Under the pieces are notes generated by a model that saw nothing but the letters and a program-made list of their open reading frames with translations, made no database searches and was not told where the DNA came from. DNA of 64,000 nt from assembly GCA_964016885.1 (NCBI GenBank), contig OZ024741.1, positions 250,914,001-250,978,000 of the forward strand, in the 5' to 3' direction. A program made the position numbers and the translations under genes. Positions within the stretch are counted from its first letter, which is position 1. Each line of letters begins with the position of its first letter. This DNA comes from Eledone cirrhosa (Eukaryota). Of the stretch, positions 27,301 to 40,780 are shown one piece after another.

Positions 27301-30300
27301 TCATGGGGCGATAATTTCCAGCCGTCCAAGGGGAGATAATTTCCAGCCGTCCAAGGGGAGATAATTTTTTTTTTTAAATCAGGGGAGATAATTTGTAAAA
27401 AAAATCAGGGGGAGATAATTTGTGAAAAAAATCAGGGGGAGATAATTTGTAAAAAAAAATCAGGGGGAGCTAATTTGTAAAAAAATATCAGGGGGAGATA
27501 ATTTCCAGCCAGCCAAGGGGAGATAATTTCCAGCCAGCCAAGGGGAGGTAATTTGTAAAAAAAATCAATGGGAGATAATTTCCAGCCGTCCAAGGGGAGA
27601 TAATTTCCAGCCGTCCAAGGGGAGATAATTTTTAAAAAATAATCAGGCGGAGATAAGTTGTAAAAAAAAATCAGGGGGAGATAATTTGTAAAAAAAAATC
27701 ATGGGGAGATAATTTGTAAAAAGAATCAAGGGGAAATAATTTCCAGCCGTCCAAAGAGAGATAATTTCTAGCCGTCCAAGGGGAGATAATTTCCAGCCGT
27801 CCAAGGGGAGATAATTTTTAAAAAAATCAGGTGGAGATAATTTGTAAAAAAAATCAGGGGAAGATAATTTGTTAAAACAAAATCAAGGGCAGATAATTTC
27901 CAGCCGTCCAAGGGGAGATAATTTCCAGCCGTGCAAGGGGAGATAATTTCCAGCCGTCCAAGGGGAGATAATTTCCATCCTTCCAAAGGGAGATAATTTC
28001 CAGCCGTCCAAGGGCAGATAATTTCCCGCCAGCCAAGGGAAGATAATATTTAAAAAAATCAGGCGGAGATAATTTGTAAAAAAAATCAGGGGGAGATAAT
28101 TTGTAAAAAAATCAGGGGGAGATAATTTGTAAAAAAAAAATCAGGGGGAGATAATTTGTAAAAAAAAATCAGGGGGAGATAATTTGTAAAAAAAAAATCA
28201 GGGGGAGATAATTTGTAAAAAAAAATCAGGCGGAGATAATTTGTAAAAAAAATCAAGGGGAGATAATTTCCAGCCGTCCAAAGAGAGATAATTTCTAGCC
28301 GTCCAAGGGGAGATAATTTCCAGCCAAGGGGAGATAATTTCCAGCCGTCCAAGGGGAGATAATTTTTTAAAAAATCAGGTGGAGATAATTTGTAAAAAAA
28401 ATCAGGGGAACATAATTTCTAAAAACAAAATCAAGGGCAGATAATTTCCAGCAGTGCAAGGGGAGATAATTTCCAGCAGTGCAAGGGGATATAATTTCCA
28501 GCCGTCCAAGGGGAGATAATTTCCATCCTTCCAAGGGGAGATAATTTCCAGGCGTCCAAGGGGAGATAATTTCCCGCCAGCCAAGGGAAGATAATATTTA
28601 AAAAAATCAGGCGGAGATAATTTGTAAAAAAAATCAGGGGGAGATAATTTGTAAAAACAAAATCAAGGGCAGATAATTTCCAGCCGTCCAAGGGGAGATA
28701 ATTTCCAGCCGTGCAAGGGGAGATAATTTGTAAAAAAAATCAGGGGGAGATAATTTCCAGCCGTCCAAGGGGAGATAATTTTCAGCCGTCCAAGGAGAGG
28801 TAATTTCTAGCCGTCCAAGGGAAGATAATTTCCAGCCGTGCAAGGGGAGATAATTTCCAGCCGTCCAAGGGGAGATAATTTCCAGCCCTACAAGCGGCTA
28901 TAATTTCCAACCGTCCAAAGGAAGATAATTTCCAGCCAACGAAGGGGAGATAATTTTTTTTTAAATTAGGGGGAGATTTGTAAAAAAAAATCAGGGTTAG
29001 ATAATTTGTAAAAAAAATCAAGGGGAAATAATTTCCAGCCGTCCAAGGGGAGATAATTTCCAGCCGTCCAAGGGCAGATAATTTCCAGCCGTCCAAGGAG
29101 AGATAATTTCCAGCCGTCCAAGGGCAGATAATTTCCAGCCATCCAAGGAGAGGTAATTTCTAGCCGTCCAAGGGGAGATAATTTCCAGCCTCCAAGCGGA
29201 GATAATTTCCAGCCAGCCAAGGGGAGATAATTTGTAAAAAAAATCAGGAGATAATTTGTAAAAAAAAATCAGGGGGAGATAATTTGTAAAAACAAAATCA
29301 AGGGCAGATAATTTCCAGCCGTCCAATGGGAGATAATTTCCAGCAGTGCAAGGGGAGATAATTTCCAGCCGTCCAAGGGGAGATAATTTCCATCCTTCCA
29401 AGGGGAGATAATTTTCAGCCGTCCAAGGGGAGATAATTTCCCGCCAGCCAAGGGAAGATAATATTTAAAAAAATCAGGCGGAGATAATTTGTAAAAAAAA
29501 TCAGGGGGAGATAATTTGTAAAAAAATCGGGGGGAGATAATTTGTAAAAAAAAATCAGGGGGAGATAATTTGTAAAAAAAAATCAGGGGGAGATAATTTG
29601 TAAAAAAAAATCAGGGGTAGATAATTTGTAAAAAAAAATCAGGGGGAGATAATTTGGAAAAAAAAATCAAGGGGAGATAATTTCCAGCCGTCCAAGGGGA
29701 GATAATTTCCAGCCGTCCAAGGGGAGATAATTTTTTAAAAAAATCAGGCGGAGATAATTTGTAAAAAAAAAATCAGGGGGAGATAATTTGTAAAAAAATC
29801 AAGGGGAGATAATTTTCAGCCGTCCAAGGGGAGATAATTTTCAGCCGTCCAAGGAGAGGTAATTTCTAGCCGTTCAAGGGGAGATAATTTCCAGCCGTCC
29901 AAGGGGAGATAATTTCCAGCCGTCCAAGCGGAGATAATTTTAAAAAAAAATCAGGCGGAGCTAATTTGTAAAAAAATAATCAGGTGCAGATAATTTGTAA
30001 AAAAAATCAGGGGGAGATAATTTGTATACAAAATCAAGGGGAGATAATTTCCAGCCGTCCAAGGCGAGATAATTTCCAGCCGTCCAAGGGGAGATAATTT
30101 ACAGCTGTCCAAGGAGAGGTAATTTCTAGGCGTCCAAGGGGAGATAATTTCCAGCCGTCCAAGGGGAGATAATTTCCAGCCAACCAAGGGGAGATAATTT
30201 CCAGCCAGCCAAGGGGAGATATTTGTAAAAAAAATCAGGGAGAGATAATTTGTAAAAAAAAAATCAGGGGTAGATAATTTGTAGAAGACATAAAGGGGAG

Positions 30301-33300
30301 ATAATTTCCAGCCGTCCAAGGGGAGAAAATTTCCATCCAGCCAAGGGGAGATAATTTTTAAAAAAAAATCAGGCGGAGATAATTTGTAAAAAAAAATCAG
30401 GGGGAGATAATTAGTAAAAAAAATCAAGGGGAGATAATTTCCAGCCGTCCAACGGGAGATAATTTCCAGCCGTCCAAGGGGTGATAATTTCCAGCCGTTC
30501 AAGGGGAGATAATTTCCAGCCCTCCAAGGGGCTATAATTTCCAGCGTCCAAGGGGAGATAATTTCCAGCCAGCGAAAGGGAGATAATTTTTTTTAAAAAA
30601 TCACTGTGAGATTTGTAAAAAAAATCAGGGGGAGATAATTTGTAAAAAAAATCAAGGGGAGATAATTTCCAGCCGTCCAAGGGGAGATAATTTCCAGCCG
30701 TGCAAGGGGAGATAATTTCCAGCCGTCCAAGGGGAGATAATTTCCATCCTTCCAAGGGGAGATAATTTCCAGCCGTCCAAGGGGAGATTATTTCCCGCCA
30801 GCCAAGGTAAGATAATATTTAAAAAAATCAGGCGGAGATAATTTGTAAAATAAATCAGGGGGAGATAATTTGTAAAAAAATCAGGGGGAAATAATTTGTA
30901 AAAAAAAACAGGGGGAGATAATTTGTAAAAAAAAATCAGGGGGAGATAATTTGGAAAAAAAATCAGGGGTAGATAATTTGGAAAAAAAAATCAGGGGGAG
31001 ATAATTTGTAAAAAAATCAAGGGGAGATAATTTCCAGCCGTCCAAGGGGAGATAATTTTCAGCCGTCCAATGAGAGGTAATTTCTAGCCGTTCAAGGGGA
31101 GATAATTTCCAGCCGTCCAAGGGGAGATAATTTCCAGCCGTCCAAGGGGAGATAATTTTAAAAAAAAATCAGGCGGAGCTAATTTGTAAAAAAATAATCA
31201 GGGGCAGATAATTTGTAAAAAAAAATCAGGGGGAGATAATTTGTATACAAAATCAAGGGGAGATAATTTCCAACCGTCCAAGGCGAGATAATTTCCAGCC
31301 GTCCAAGGGGAGATAATTTACAGCTGTCCAAGGAGAGGTAATTTCTAGGCGTCCAAGGGGAGATAATTTCCAGCCGTCCAAGGGGAGATAATTTCCAGCC
31401 AGCCAAGGGGAGATAATTTCCAGCCAGCCAAGGGGAGATATTTGTAAAAAAAATCAGGGAGAGATAATTTGTAAAAAAAAAATCAGGGGTAGATAATTTG
31501 TAGAAGACATAAAGGTGAGATAATTTCCAGCCGTCCAAGGGGAGAAAATTTAAATCCAGCCAAGGGGAGATAATTTTTTTAAAAAAATCAGGCGGAGATA
31601 ATTTGTAAAAAAAAATCAGGGGGAGATAATTTCCAGCCGTCCAAGGGGAGATAATTTCCAGCCCTACAAGCAGCTATAATTTCCAGCCGTCCAAAGGGAG
31701 ATAATTTCCAGCCAGCGAAGGGGAGATAATTTTTTTTTAAATTAGGGGGAGATTTGCAAAAAAAATCAGGGGGAGATAATTTGTAAAAAAAATCAAGGGG
31801 AAATAATTTCCAGCCGTCCAAGGGGAGATAATTTCCAGCCGTCCAAGGGGAGATAATTTCCAGCCGTCCAAGGAGAGGTAATTTCTAGCCGTCCAAGGGG
31901 AGATAATTTCCAGCCGTCCAAGGGGAGATAATTTCCAGCCGTCCAAGGGGAGATAATTTCCAGCCGTTCAAGGGGAGATGATTTCCAGCCGTCCAAGGAG
32001 AGGTAATTTCTAGCCGTCCAAGGGGAGATAATTTCCAGCCGTCCAAGGGGAGATAATTTCCAGCCGTCCAAGGGGAGATAATTTTTTTTAAAAATCAGGC
32101 GGAGATAATTTGTAAAAAAAAATCAGGGGGAGATAATTTGTAAAAACAAATCGGGGAGATAATTTGTAAAAAAAAATCAGGGGAAGATAATATGTAAAAA
32201 AAATCAAAGGGAGATAATTTTCAGCCGTCCAAGGGAAGATAATTTCCAGCCCTCCAAGGGGCTATAATTTCCAGCGTCCAAGGGGAGATAATTTCCAGCC
32301 AGCGAAAGGGAGATAATTTTTTTTAAAAAATCACTGGGAGATTTGTAAAAAAAATCAGGGGGAGATAATTTGTAAAAAAAATCAAGGGGAGATAATTTCC
32401 AGCCGTCCAAAGAGAGATAATTTCTAGCCGTCCAAGGGGAGATAATTTCCAGCCAAGGGGAGATAATTTCCAGCCGTCCAAGGGGAGATAATTTCCAGCC
32501 GTGCAAGGGGAGATAATTTCCAGCCGTCCAAGGGGAGATAATTTCCATCCTTCCAAGGGGAGATAATTTCCAGCCGTCCAAGGGGAGATTATTTCCCGCC
32601 AGCCAAGGTAAGATAATATTTAAAAAAATCAGGCGGAGATAATTTGTAAAATAAATCAGGGGGAGATAATTTGTAAAAAAATCAGGGGGAGATAATTTGT
32701 AAGAAAAAAATCAGGGGGAGATAATTTGTAAAAAAAATCAGGGGGAGATAATTTGTAAAAAAAATCAAGGGGAGATAATTTTCAGCCGTCCAAGGAGAGG
32801 TAATTTCTAGCCGTCCAAGGGGAGATAATTTCCAGCCGTCCAAGGGGAGATAATTTTTTTAAAAAAATCAGGCGGAGATAATTTGTAAAAAAAAAATCAG
32901 GGGGAGATAATTTGTAAAAAAAAATCAGGGGGAGATAATTTGTAAAAAAATCAAGGGGAGATAATTTCCAGCCGTCCAAGGGAAGATAATTTCCAGCCTC
33001 CAAGGGGCTATAATTTCCCGCGTCCAAGGGGAGATAATTTCCAGCCAGCGAAGGGGAGATAATTTTTTTTTAAAAATCACTGTGAGATTTGTAAAAAAAA
33101 TCAGGGGGAGATAATTTGTAAAAAGAATCAAGGGGAGATAATTTCCAGCCGTCCAAAGAGAGATAATTTCTAGCCGTCCAAGGGGAGATAATTTCCAGCC
33201 AAGGGGAGATAATTTCCAGCCGTCCAAGGGGAGATAATTTTTTAAAATATCAGGTGGAGATAATTTGTAAAAAAAATCAGGGGGAGATAATTTGTAAAAA

Positions 33301-36300
33301 CAAAATCAAGGGCAGATAATTTCCAGCCGTCCAAGGGGAGATAATTTCCAGCCGTGCAAGGGGAGATAATTTGTAAAAAAAATCAGGGGGAGATAATTTC
33401 CAGCCGTCCAAGGGGAGATAATTTTCAGCCGTCCAAGGAGAGGTAATTTCTAGCCGTCCAAGGGAAGATAATTTCCAGCCGTGCAAGGGGAGATAATTTC
33501 CAGCCGTCCAAGGGGAGATAATTTCCATCCTTCCAAGGGGAGATAATTTCCAGCCGTCCAAGGGGAGATAATTTCCAGCCGTTCAAGGGGAGATAATTTC
33601 CAGCCGTCCAAGGAGAGGTAATTTCTAGCCGTCCAAGGGGAGATAATTTCCAGCCGTCCAAGGGGAGATAAATTCCAGCCTCCAAGGGGAGATAATTTCC
33701 ACCCAGCCAAGGGGAGATAATTTGTAAAAAAATCAGGGGGAGATAATTTGTAAAAAAAAATCAGGGGAAGATAATTTGTAAAAAAAAATCAGGGGTGATA
33801 ATATGTAAAAAAAATCAAGGGGAGATAATTTCCAGCCGTCCAAGGGAAGATAATTTCCAGCCCACCAAGGGGCTATAATTTCCAGCGTCCAAGGGGAGAT
33901 AATTTCCAGCCAGCGAAGGGGAGATAATTTTTTTTAAAAAATCACTGGGAGATTTGTAAAAAAAATCGGGGAGATAATTTGTAAAAAAAATCAAGGGGAG
34001 ATAATTTCCAGCCGTCCAAAGAGAGATAATTTCTAGCCGTCCAAGGGGAGATAATTTCCAGCCAAGGGGAGATAATTTCCAGCCGTCCAAGGGGAGATAA
34101 TTTCCATCCTTCCAAGGGGAGATAATTTCCAGCCGTCCAAGGGGAGATAATTTCCAGCCGTGCAAGGGGAGATAATTTGTAAAAAAAATCAGGGGAGATA
34201 ATTTCCAGCCGTCCAAGGGGAGATAATTTTCAGCCGTCCAAGGAGAGGTAATTTCTAGCCGTCCAAGGGGAGATAATTTCCAGCCGTGCAAGGGGAGATA
34301 ATTTCCAGCCGTCCAAGGGGAGATAATTTCCATCCTTCCAAGGGGAGATAATTTCCAGCCGTCCAAGGGGAGATAATTTCCATCCAGCCAAGGGGAGATA
34401 ATTTTAAAAAAATCAGGCGGAGATAATTTGTAAAAAAAAAAATCAGGGGGAGATAATTTGTAAAAAAAAATCAGGGGGAGCTAATTTGTAAAAAAATATC
34501 AGGAGGAGATAATTTCCAGCCAGCCAAGGGGAGATAATTTCCAGCCAGCCAAGGGGAGATAATTTGTAAAAAAAATCAATGGGAGGTAATTTCCAGCCGT
34601 CCAAGGGGAGATAGTTTCCAGCCAGCCAACGGGAGATAATTTCCAGCCAGCCAAGGGGAGATATTTGTAAAAAAAAATCAGGGAGAGATAATTTGTAAAA
34701 AAAAAATCAGGGGTAGATAATTTGTAGAAGAAATCAAGGGGAGATAATTTCCAGCCGTCCAAGGGGAGATAATTTCCAGCCCTACAAGCGGCTATAATTT
34801 CCAACCGTCCAAAAGAAGATAATTTCCAGCCAACGAAGGGGAGATAATTTTTTTTTAAATTAGGGGGAGATTTGTAAAAAAAAATCAGGGTTAGATAATT
34901 TGTAAAAAAAATCAAGGGGAAATAATTTCCAGCCGTCCAAGGGGAGATAATTTCCAGCCGTCCAAGGGCAGATAATTTCCAGCCGTCCAAGGAGAGTTAA
35001 TTTCCAGCCGTCCAAGGGCAGATAATTTCCAGCCATCCAAGGAGAGGTAATTTCTAGCCGTCCAAGGGGAGATAATTTCCAGCCTCCAAGGGGAGATAAT
35101 TTCCAGCCAGCCAAGGGGAGATAATTTGTAAAAAAAATCAGGAGATAATTTGTAAAAAAAAATCAGGGGGAGATAATTTGTAAAAAAAAATCAGGGGGAG
35201 ATAATTTGTAAAAAAAAATCAGGGGGAGATAATTTGTAAAAAAAATCAAGGGGAGATAATTTCCAGCCGTCCAAGGGGAGATAATTTTCAGCCGTCCAAG
35301 GAGAGGTAATTTCTAGCCGTCCAAGGGGAGATAATTTCCAGCCGTCCAAGGGGAGATAATTTCCAGCCGTCCAAGGGGAGATAATTTAAAAAAAAATCAG
35401 GTGGAGATAATTGGTAAAAAAAAAATCAGGGGGAGACAATTTGTAAAAAAAAATCAGGGGGAGATAATTTGTAAAAAAAATCAAGGGGAGATAATTTCCA
35501 GCCGTCCAAGGGAAGATAATTTCCAGCCCTCCAAGGGAAGATAACTTCCAACCCTCCAAGGGGCTATAATTTCCAGCGTCCAAGGGGAGATAATTTCCAG
35601 CCAGCGAAGGGGAGATAATTTTTTTAAAAAAATCACTGGGAGATTTGTAAAAAAAATCAGGGGGAGATAATTTGTAAAAAAAATCAAGGGGAGATAATTT
35701 CCAGCCGTCCAAAGAGAGATAATTTCTAATCGTCCAAGGGGAGATAATTTCCAGCCAAGGGGAGATAATTTCCAGCCGTCCAAGGGAAGATAATTTTTTA
35801 AAAAATCAGGTGGAGATAATTTGTAAAAAAAATCAGGGGAAGATAATTTGTAAAATCAAAATCAAGGGCAGATAATTTCCAGCCGTCCAAGGGGAGATAA
35901 TTTCCAGCAGTGCAAGGGGAGATAATTTCCAGCCGTCCAAGGGGAGATAATTTCCATCCTTACAAGGGGAGATAATTTCCAGGCGTCCAAGGGGAGATAA
36001 TTTGCCGCCAGCCAAGGGAAGATAATATTTAAAAAAATCAGGCGGAGATAATTTGTAAAAAAAATCAGGGGGAGATAATTTGTAAAAAAATCAAGGGGAA
36101 ATAATTTGTAAAAAAAAACAAGGGGAGATAATTTGTAAAAAAAAAATCAGGGGGAGATAATTTGTAAAATAAATCAAGGGGAGATAATTTCCAGCCGTCC
36201 AAGGAGAGATAATTTTCAGCCGTCCAAGGAGAGGTAATTTCTAGCCGTCCAAGGGAAGATAATTTCCAGCCCTCCAAGGGAAGATAACTTCCAGCTCTCC

Positions 36301-39300
36301 AAGGGGCTATAATTTCCAGCGTCCAAGGGGAGATAATTTCCAGCCAGCGAAGGGGAGATAATTTTTTTTTAAAAATGACTCGGAGATTTGTAAAAAAAAT
36401 CAGGGGGAGATAATTTGTAAAAAAAATCAAGGGGAGATAATTTCCAGCCGTCCAAAGAGAGATAATTTCTAGCCGTCCAAGGGGAGTTAATTTCCAGCCA
36501 AGGGGAGATAATTTCCAGCCGTCCAAGGGGAGATAATTTTTTTAAAAATCAGGTGGAGATAATTTGTAAAAAAAATCAGGGGAAGATAATTTGTAAAAAC
36601 AAAATCAAGGGCAGATAATTTCCAGCCGTCCAATGGGAGATAATTTCCAGCAGTGCAAGGGGAGATAATTTCCAGCCGTCCAAGGGGAGATAATTTCCAT
36701 CCTTCCAAGGGGAGATAATTTCCAGCCGTCCAAGGGGAGATAATTTGGAAAAAAAAATCAAGGGGAGATAATTTCCAGCCGTCCAAGGGGAGATAATTTC
36801 CAGCCGTCCAAGGGGAGATAATTTTAAAAAAAAATCAGGCGGAGATAATTTGTAAAAAAAAAATCAGGGGGAGATAATTTGTAAAAAAATCAAGGGGAGA
36901 TAATTTTCAGCCGTCCAAGGGGAGATAATTTTCAGCCGTCCAAGGAGAGGTAATTTCTAGCCGTTCAAGGGGAGATAATTTCCAGCCGTCCAAGGGGAGA
37001 TAATTTCCAGCCGTCCAAGCGGAGATAATTTTAAAAAAAAATCAGGCGGAGCTAATTTTTAAAAAAATAATCAGGTGCAGATAATTTGTAAAAAAAATCA
37101 GGGGGAGATAATTTGTATACAAAATCAAGGGGAGATAATTTCCAGCCGTCCAAGGCGAGATAATTTCCAGCAGTCCAAGGGGAGATAATTTACAGCTGTC
37201 CAAGGAGAGGTAATTTCTAGGCGTCCAAGGGGAGATAATTTCCAGCCGTCCAAGGGGAGATAATTTCCAGCCAGCCAAGGGGAGATAATTTCCAGCCAGC
37301 CAAGGGGAGATATTTGTAAAAAAAATCAGGGAGAGATAATTTGTAAAAAGAAAATCAGGGGTAGATAATTTGTAGAAGACATAAAGGGGAGATAATTTCC
37401 AGCCGTCCAAGGGGAGAAAATTTTCATCCAGCCAAGGGGAGATAATTTTTTAAAAAAAATCAGGCGGAGATAATTTGTAAAAAAAAATCAGGGGGAGATA
37501 ATTAGTAAAAAAAATCAAGGGGAGATAATTTCCAGCCGTCCAAGGGGAGATAATTTCCAGCCCTACAAGCAGCTATAATTTCCAGCCGTCCAAAGGGAGA
37601 TAATTTCCAGCCAGCGAAGGGGAGATAATTTTTTTTTAAATTAGGGGGAGATTTGTAAAAAAAATCAGGGGGAGATAATTTGTAAAAAAAAATCAAGGGG
37701 AAATAATTTCCAGCCGTCCAAGGGGAGATAATTTCCAGCCGTCCAAGGGGAGATAATTTCCAGCCGTCCAAGGAGAGGGAATTTCTAGCCGTCCAAGGGT
37801 AGATAATTTCCAGCCGTCCAAGGGGAGATAATTTCCAGCCGTCCAAGGGGAGATAATTTCCAGCCGTTCAAGGGGAGATAATTTCCAGCCGTCCAAGGAG
37901 AGGTAATTTCTAGCCGTCCAAGGGGAGATAATTTCCAGCCGTCCAAGGGGAGCTAAATTCCAGCCTCCAAGGGGAGATAATTTCCAGCCAGCCAAGGGGA
38001 GATAATTTGTAAAAAAATCAGGGGGAGATAATTTGTAAAAAAAAATCAGGGGGAGATAATTTGTAAAAAAAAATCAGGGGGAGATAATTTGTAAAAAAAA
38101 ATCAGAGGGAGATAATTTGTAAAAAAATCAAGGGGAGATAATTTCCAGCCGTCCAAGGGGAGATAATTTTCAGCCGTCCAAGGAGAGGTAATTTCTAGCC
38201 GTCCAAGGGGAGATAATTTCCAGCCGTCCAAGGGGAGATAATTTCCAGCCGTCCAAGGGGAGATAATTTTTTTTAAAAAATCAGGCGGAGATAATTTGTA
38301 AAAAAAAAATCAGGGGGAGATAATTTGTAGAAAAAAATCGGGGAGATAATTTGTAAAAAAAAATCAGGGGGAGATAATATGTAAAAAAAATCAAGGGGAG
38401 ATAATTTCCAGCCGTCGAAGGGAAGATAATTTCCAGCCCTCCAAGGGGCTATAATTTCCAGCGTCCAAGGGGAGATAATTTCCAGCCAGCGAAGGGGAGA
38501 TAATTTTTTTTAAAAAATCACTGGGAGATTTGTAAAAAAAATCAGGGGGAGATAATTTGTAAAAAAAATCAAGGGGAGATAATTTCCAGCCGTCCAAAGA
38601 GAGATAATTTCTAGCCGTCCAAGGGGAGATAATTTGCAGCCAACGGGAGATAATTTCCAGCCGTCCAAGGGGAGATAATTTTTTCAAAAATCAGGAGATA
38701 ATTTGTAAAAAAAATCAGGGGGAGATAATTTGTAAAAACAAAATCAAGGGCAGATAATTTCCAGCCGTCAAAGGGGAGATAATTTCCAGCCGTGCAAGGG
38801 GAGATAATTTGTAAAAAAAATCAGGGGGAGATAATTTCCATCCAGCCAAGGGGAGATAATTTTTAAAAAATCAGGCGGAGATAATTTGTAAAAAAAAAAA
38901 TCAGGGGGAGATAATTTGTAAAAAAATATCAGGGGGAGATAATTTGTAAAAAAAATCAAGGGGAGATAATTTCCAGCCGTCCAAGGGGAGATAATTTCCA
39001 GCCAGCGAAGAGGAGATAATTTTTTTTTTTAAATCAGGGGTAGATTGGTAAAAAAAAATCACGGGGAGATAATTTGTAAAAAAATCAAGGGGAGATAATT
39101 TCCAGCCGTCGAAGGAGAGATAATTTATAGCCGTCCAAGGGGAGATAATTTCCAGCAAGCCAAAGGAGATAATTTTTTTAAAAAATCAGGCGGAGATGAT
39201 TTGTAAAAAAAATCAGGTGGAGATAATTTGTTAAAAAAAATCATGGGGCGATAATTTCCAGCCGTCCAAGGGGAGATAATTTCCAGCCGTCCAAGGGGAG

Positions 39301-40780
39301 ATAATTTTTTTTTTTTAAATCAGGGGAGATAATTTGTAAAAAAAATCAGGGGGAGATAATTTGTGAAAAAAATCAGGGGGAGATAATTTGTAAAAAAAAA
39401 TCAGGGGGAGCTAATTTGTAAAAAAATATCAGGGGGAGATAATTTCCAGCCAGCCAAGGGGAGATAATTTGTAAAAAAAATCAATGGGAGATAATTTCCA
39501 GCCGTCCAAGGGGAGATAATTTCCAGCCGTCCAAGGGGAGATAATTTTTAAAAAATAATCAGGCGGAGATAAGTTGTAAAAAAAAATCAGGGGGAGATAA
39601 TTTGTAAAAAAAAATCATGCGGAGATAATTTGTAAAAAGAATCAAGGGGAAATAATTTCCAGCCGTCCAAAGAGAGATAATTTCTAGCCGTCCAAGGGGA
39701 GATAATTTCCAGCCGTCCAAGGGGAGATAATTTTTAAAAAAATCAGGTGGAGATAATTTGTAAAAAAAATCAGGGGAAGATAATTTGTAAAAACAAAATC
39801 AAGGGCAGATAATTTCCAGCCGTCCAAGGGGAGATAATTTCCAGCCGTGCAAGGGGAGATAATTTCCAGCCGTCCAAGGGGAGATAATTTCCATCCTTCC
39901 AAAGGGAGATAATTTCCAGCCGTCCAAGGGCAGATAATTTCCCGCCAGCCAAGGGAAGATAATATTTAAAAAAATCAGGCGGAGATAATTTGTAAAAAAA
40001 ATCAGGGGGAGATAATTTGTAAAAAAATCAGGGGGAGATAATTTGTAAAAAAAAAATCAGGGGGAGATAATTTGTAAAAAAAAATCAGGGGGAGATAATT
40101 TGTAAAAAAAAAATCAGGGGGAGATAATTTGTAAAAAAAAATCAGGCGGAGATAATTTGTAAAAAAAATCAAGGGGAGATAATTTCCAGCCGTCCAAAGA
40201 GAGATAATTTCTAGCCGTCCAAGGGGAGATAATTTCCAGCCAAGGGGAGATAATTTCCAGCCGTCCAAGGGGAGATAATTTTTTTAAAAATCAGGTGGAG
40301 ATAATTTGTAAAAAAAATCAGGGGAACATAATTTGTAAAAACAAAATCAAGGGCAGATAATTTCCAGCAGTGCAAGGGGAGATAATTTCCAGCAGTGCAA
40401 GGGGATATAATTTCCAGCCGTCCAAGGGGAGATAATTTCCATCCTTCCAAGGGGAGATAATTTCCAGGCGTCCAAGGGGAGATAATTTCCCGCCAGCCAA
40501 GGGAAGATAATATTTAAAAAAATCAGGCGGAGATAATTTGTAAAAAAAATCAGGGGGAGATAATTTGTAAAAACAAAATCAAGGGCAGATAATTTCCAGC
40601 CGTCCAAGGGGAGATAATTTCCAGCCGTGCAAGGGGAGATAATTTGTAAAAAAAATCAGGGGGAGATAATTTCCAGCCGTCCAAGGGGAGATAATTTTCA
40701 GCCGTCCAAGGAGAGGTAATTTCTAGCCGTCCAAGGGAAGATAATTTCCAGCCGTGCAAGGGGAGATAATTTCCAGCCGT
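18390..40780. repeat. Approximately 12-kb macro-repeat in array 2 (about 18.4-28.9 kb repeated at about 30.9-40.8 kb, with internal indels)
   Basis: Matching variant blocks at offsets 12483 (18696/31179), 12194 (20010/32204; 21083/33277), 11940 (25562/37502; 26961/38901) and 11916 (28086/40002). Confidence 0.88.
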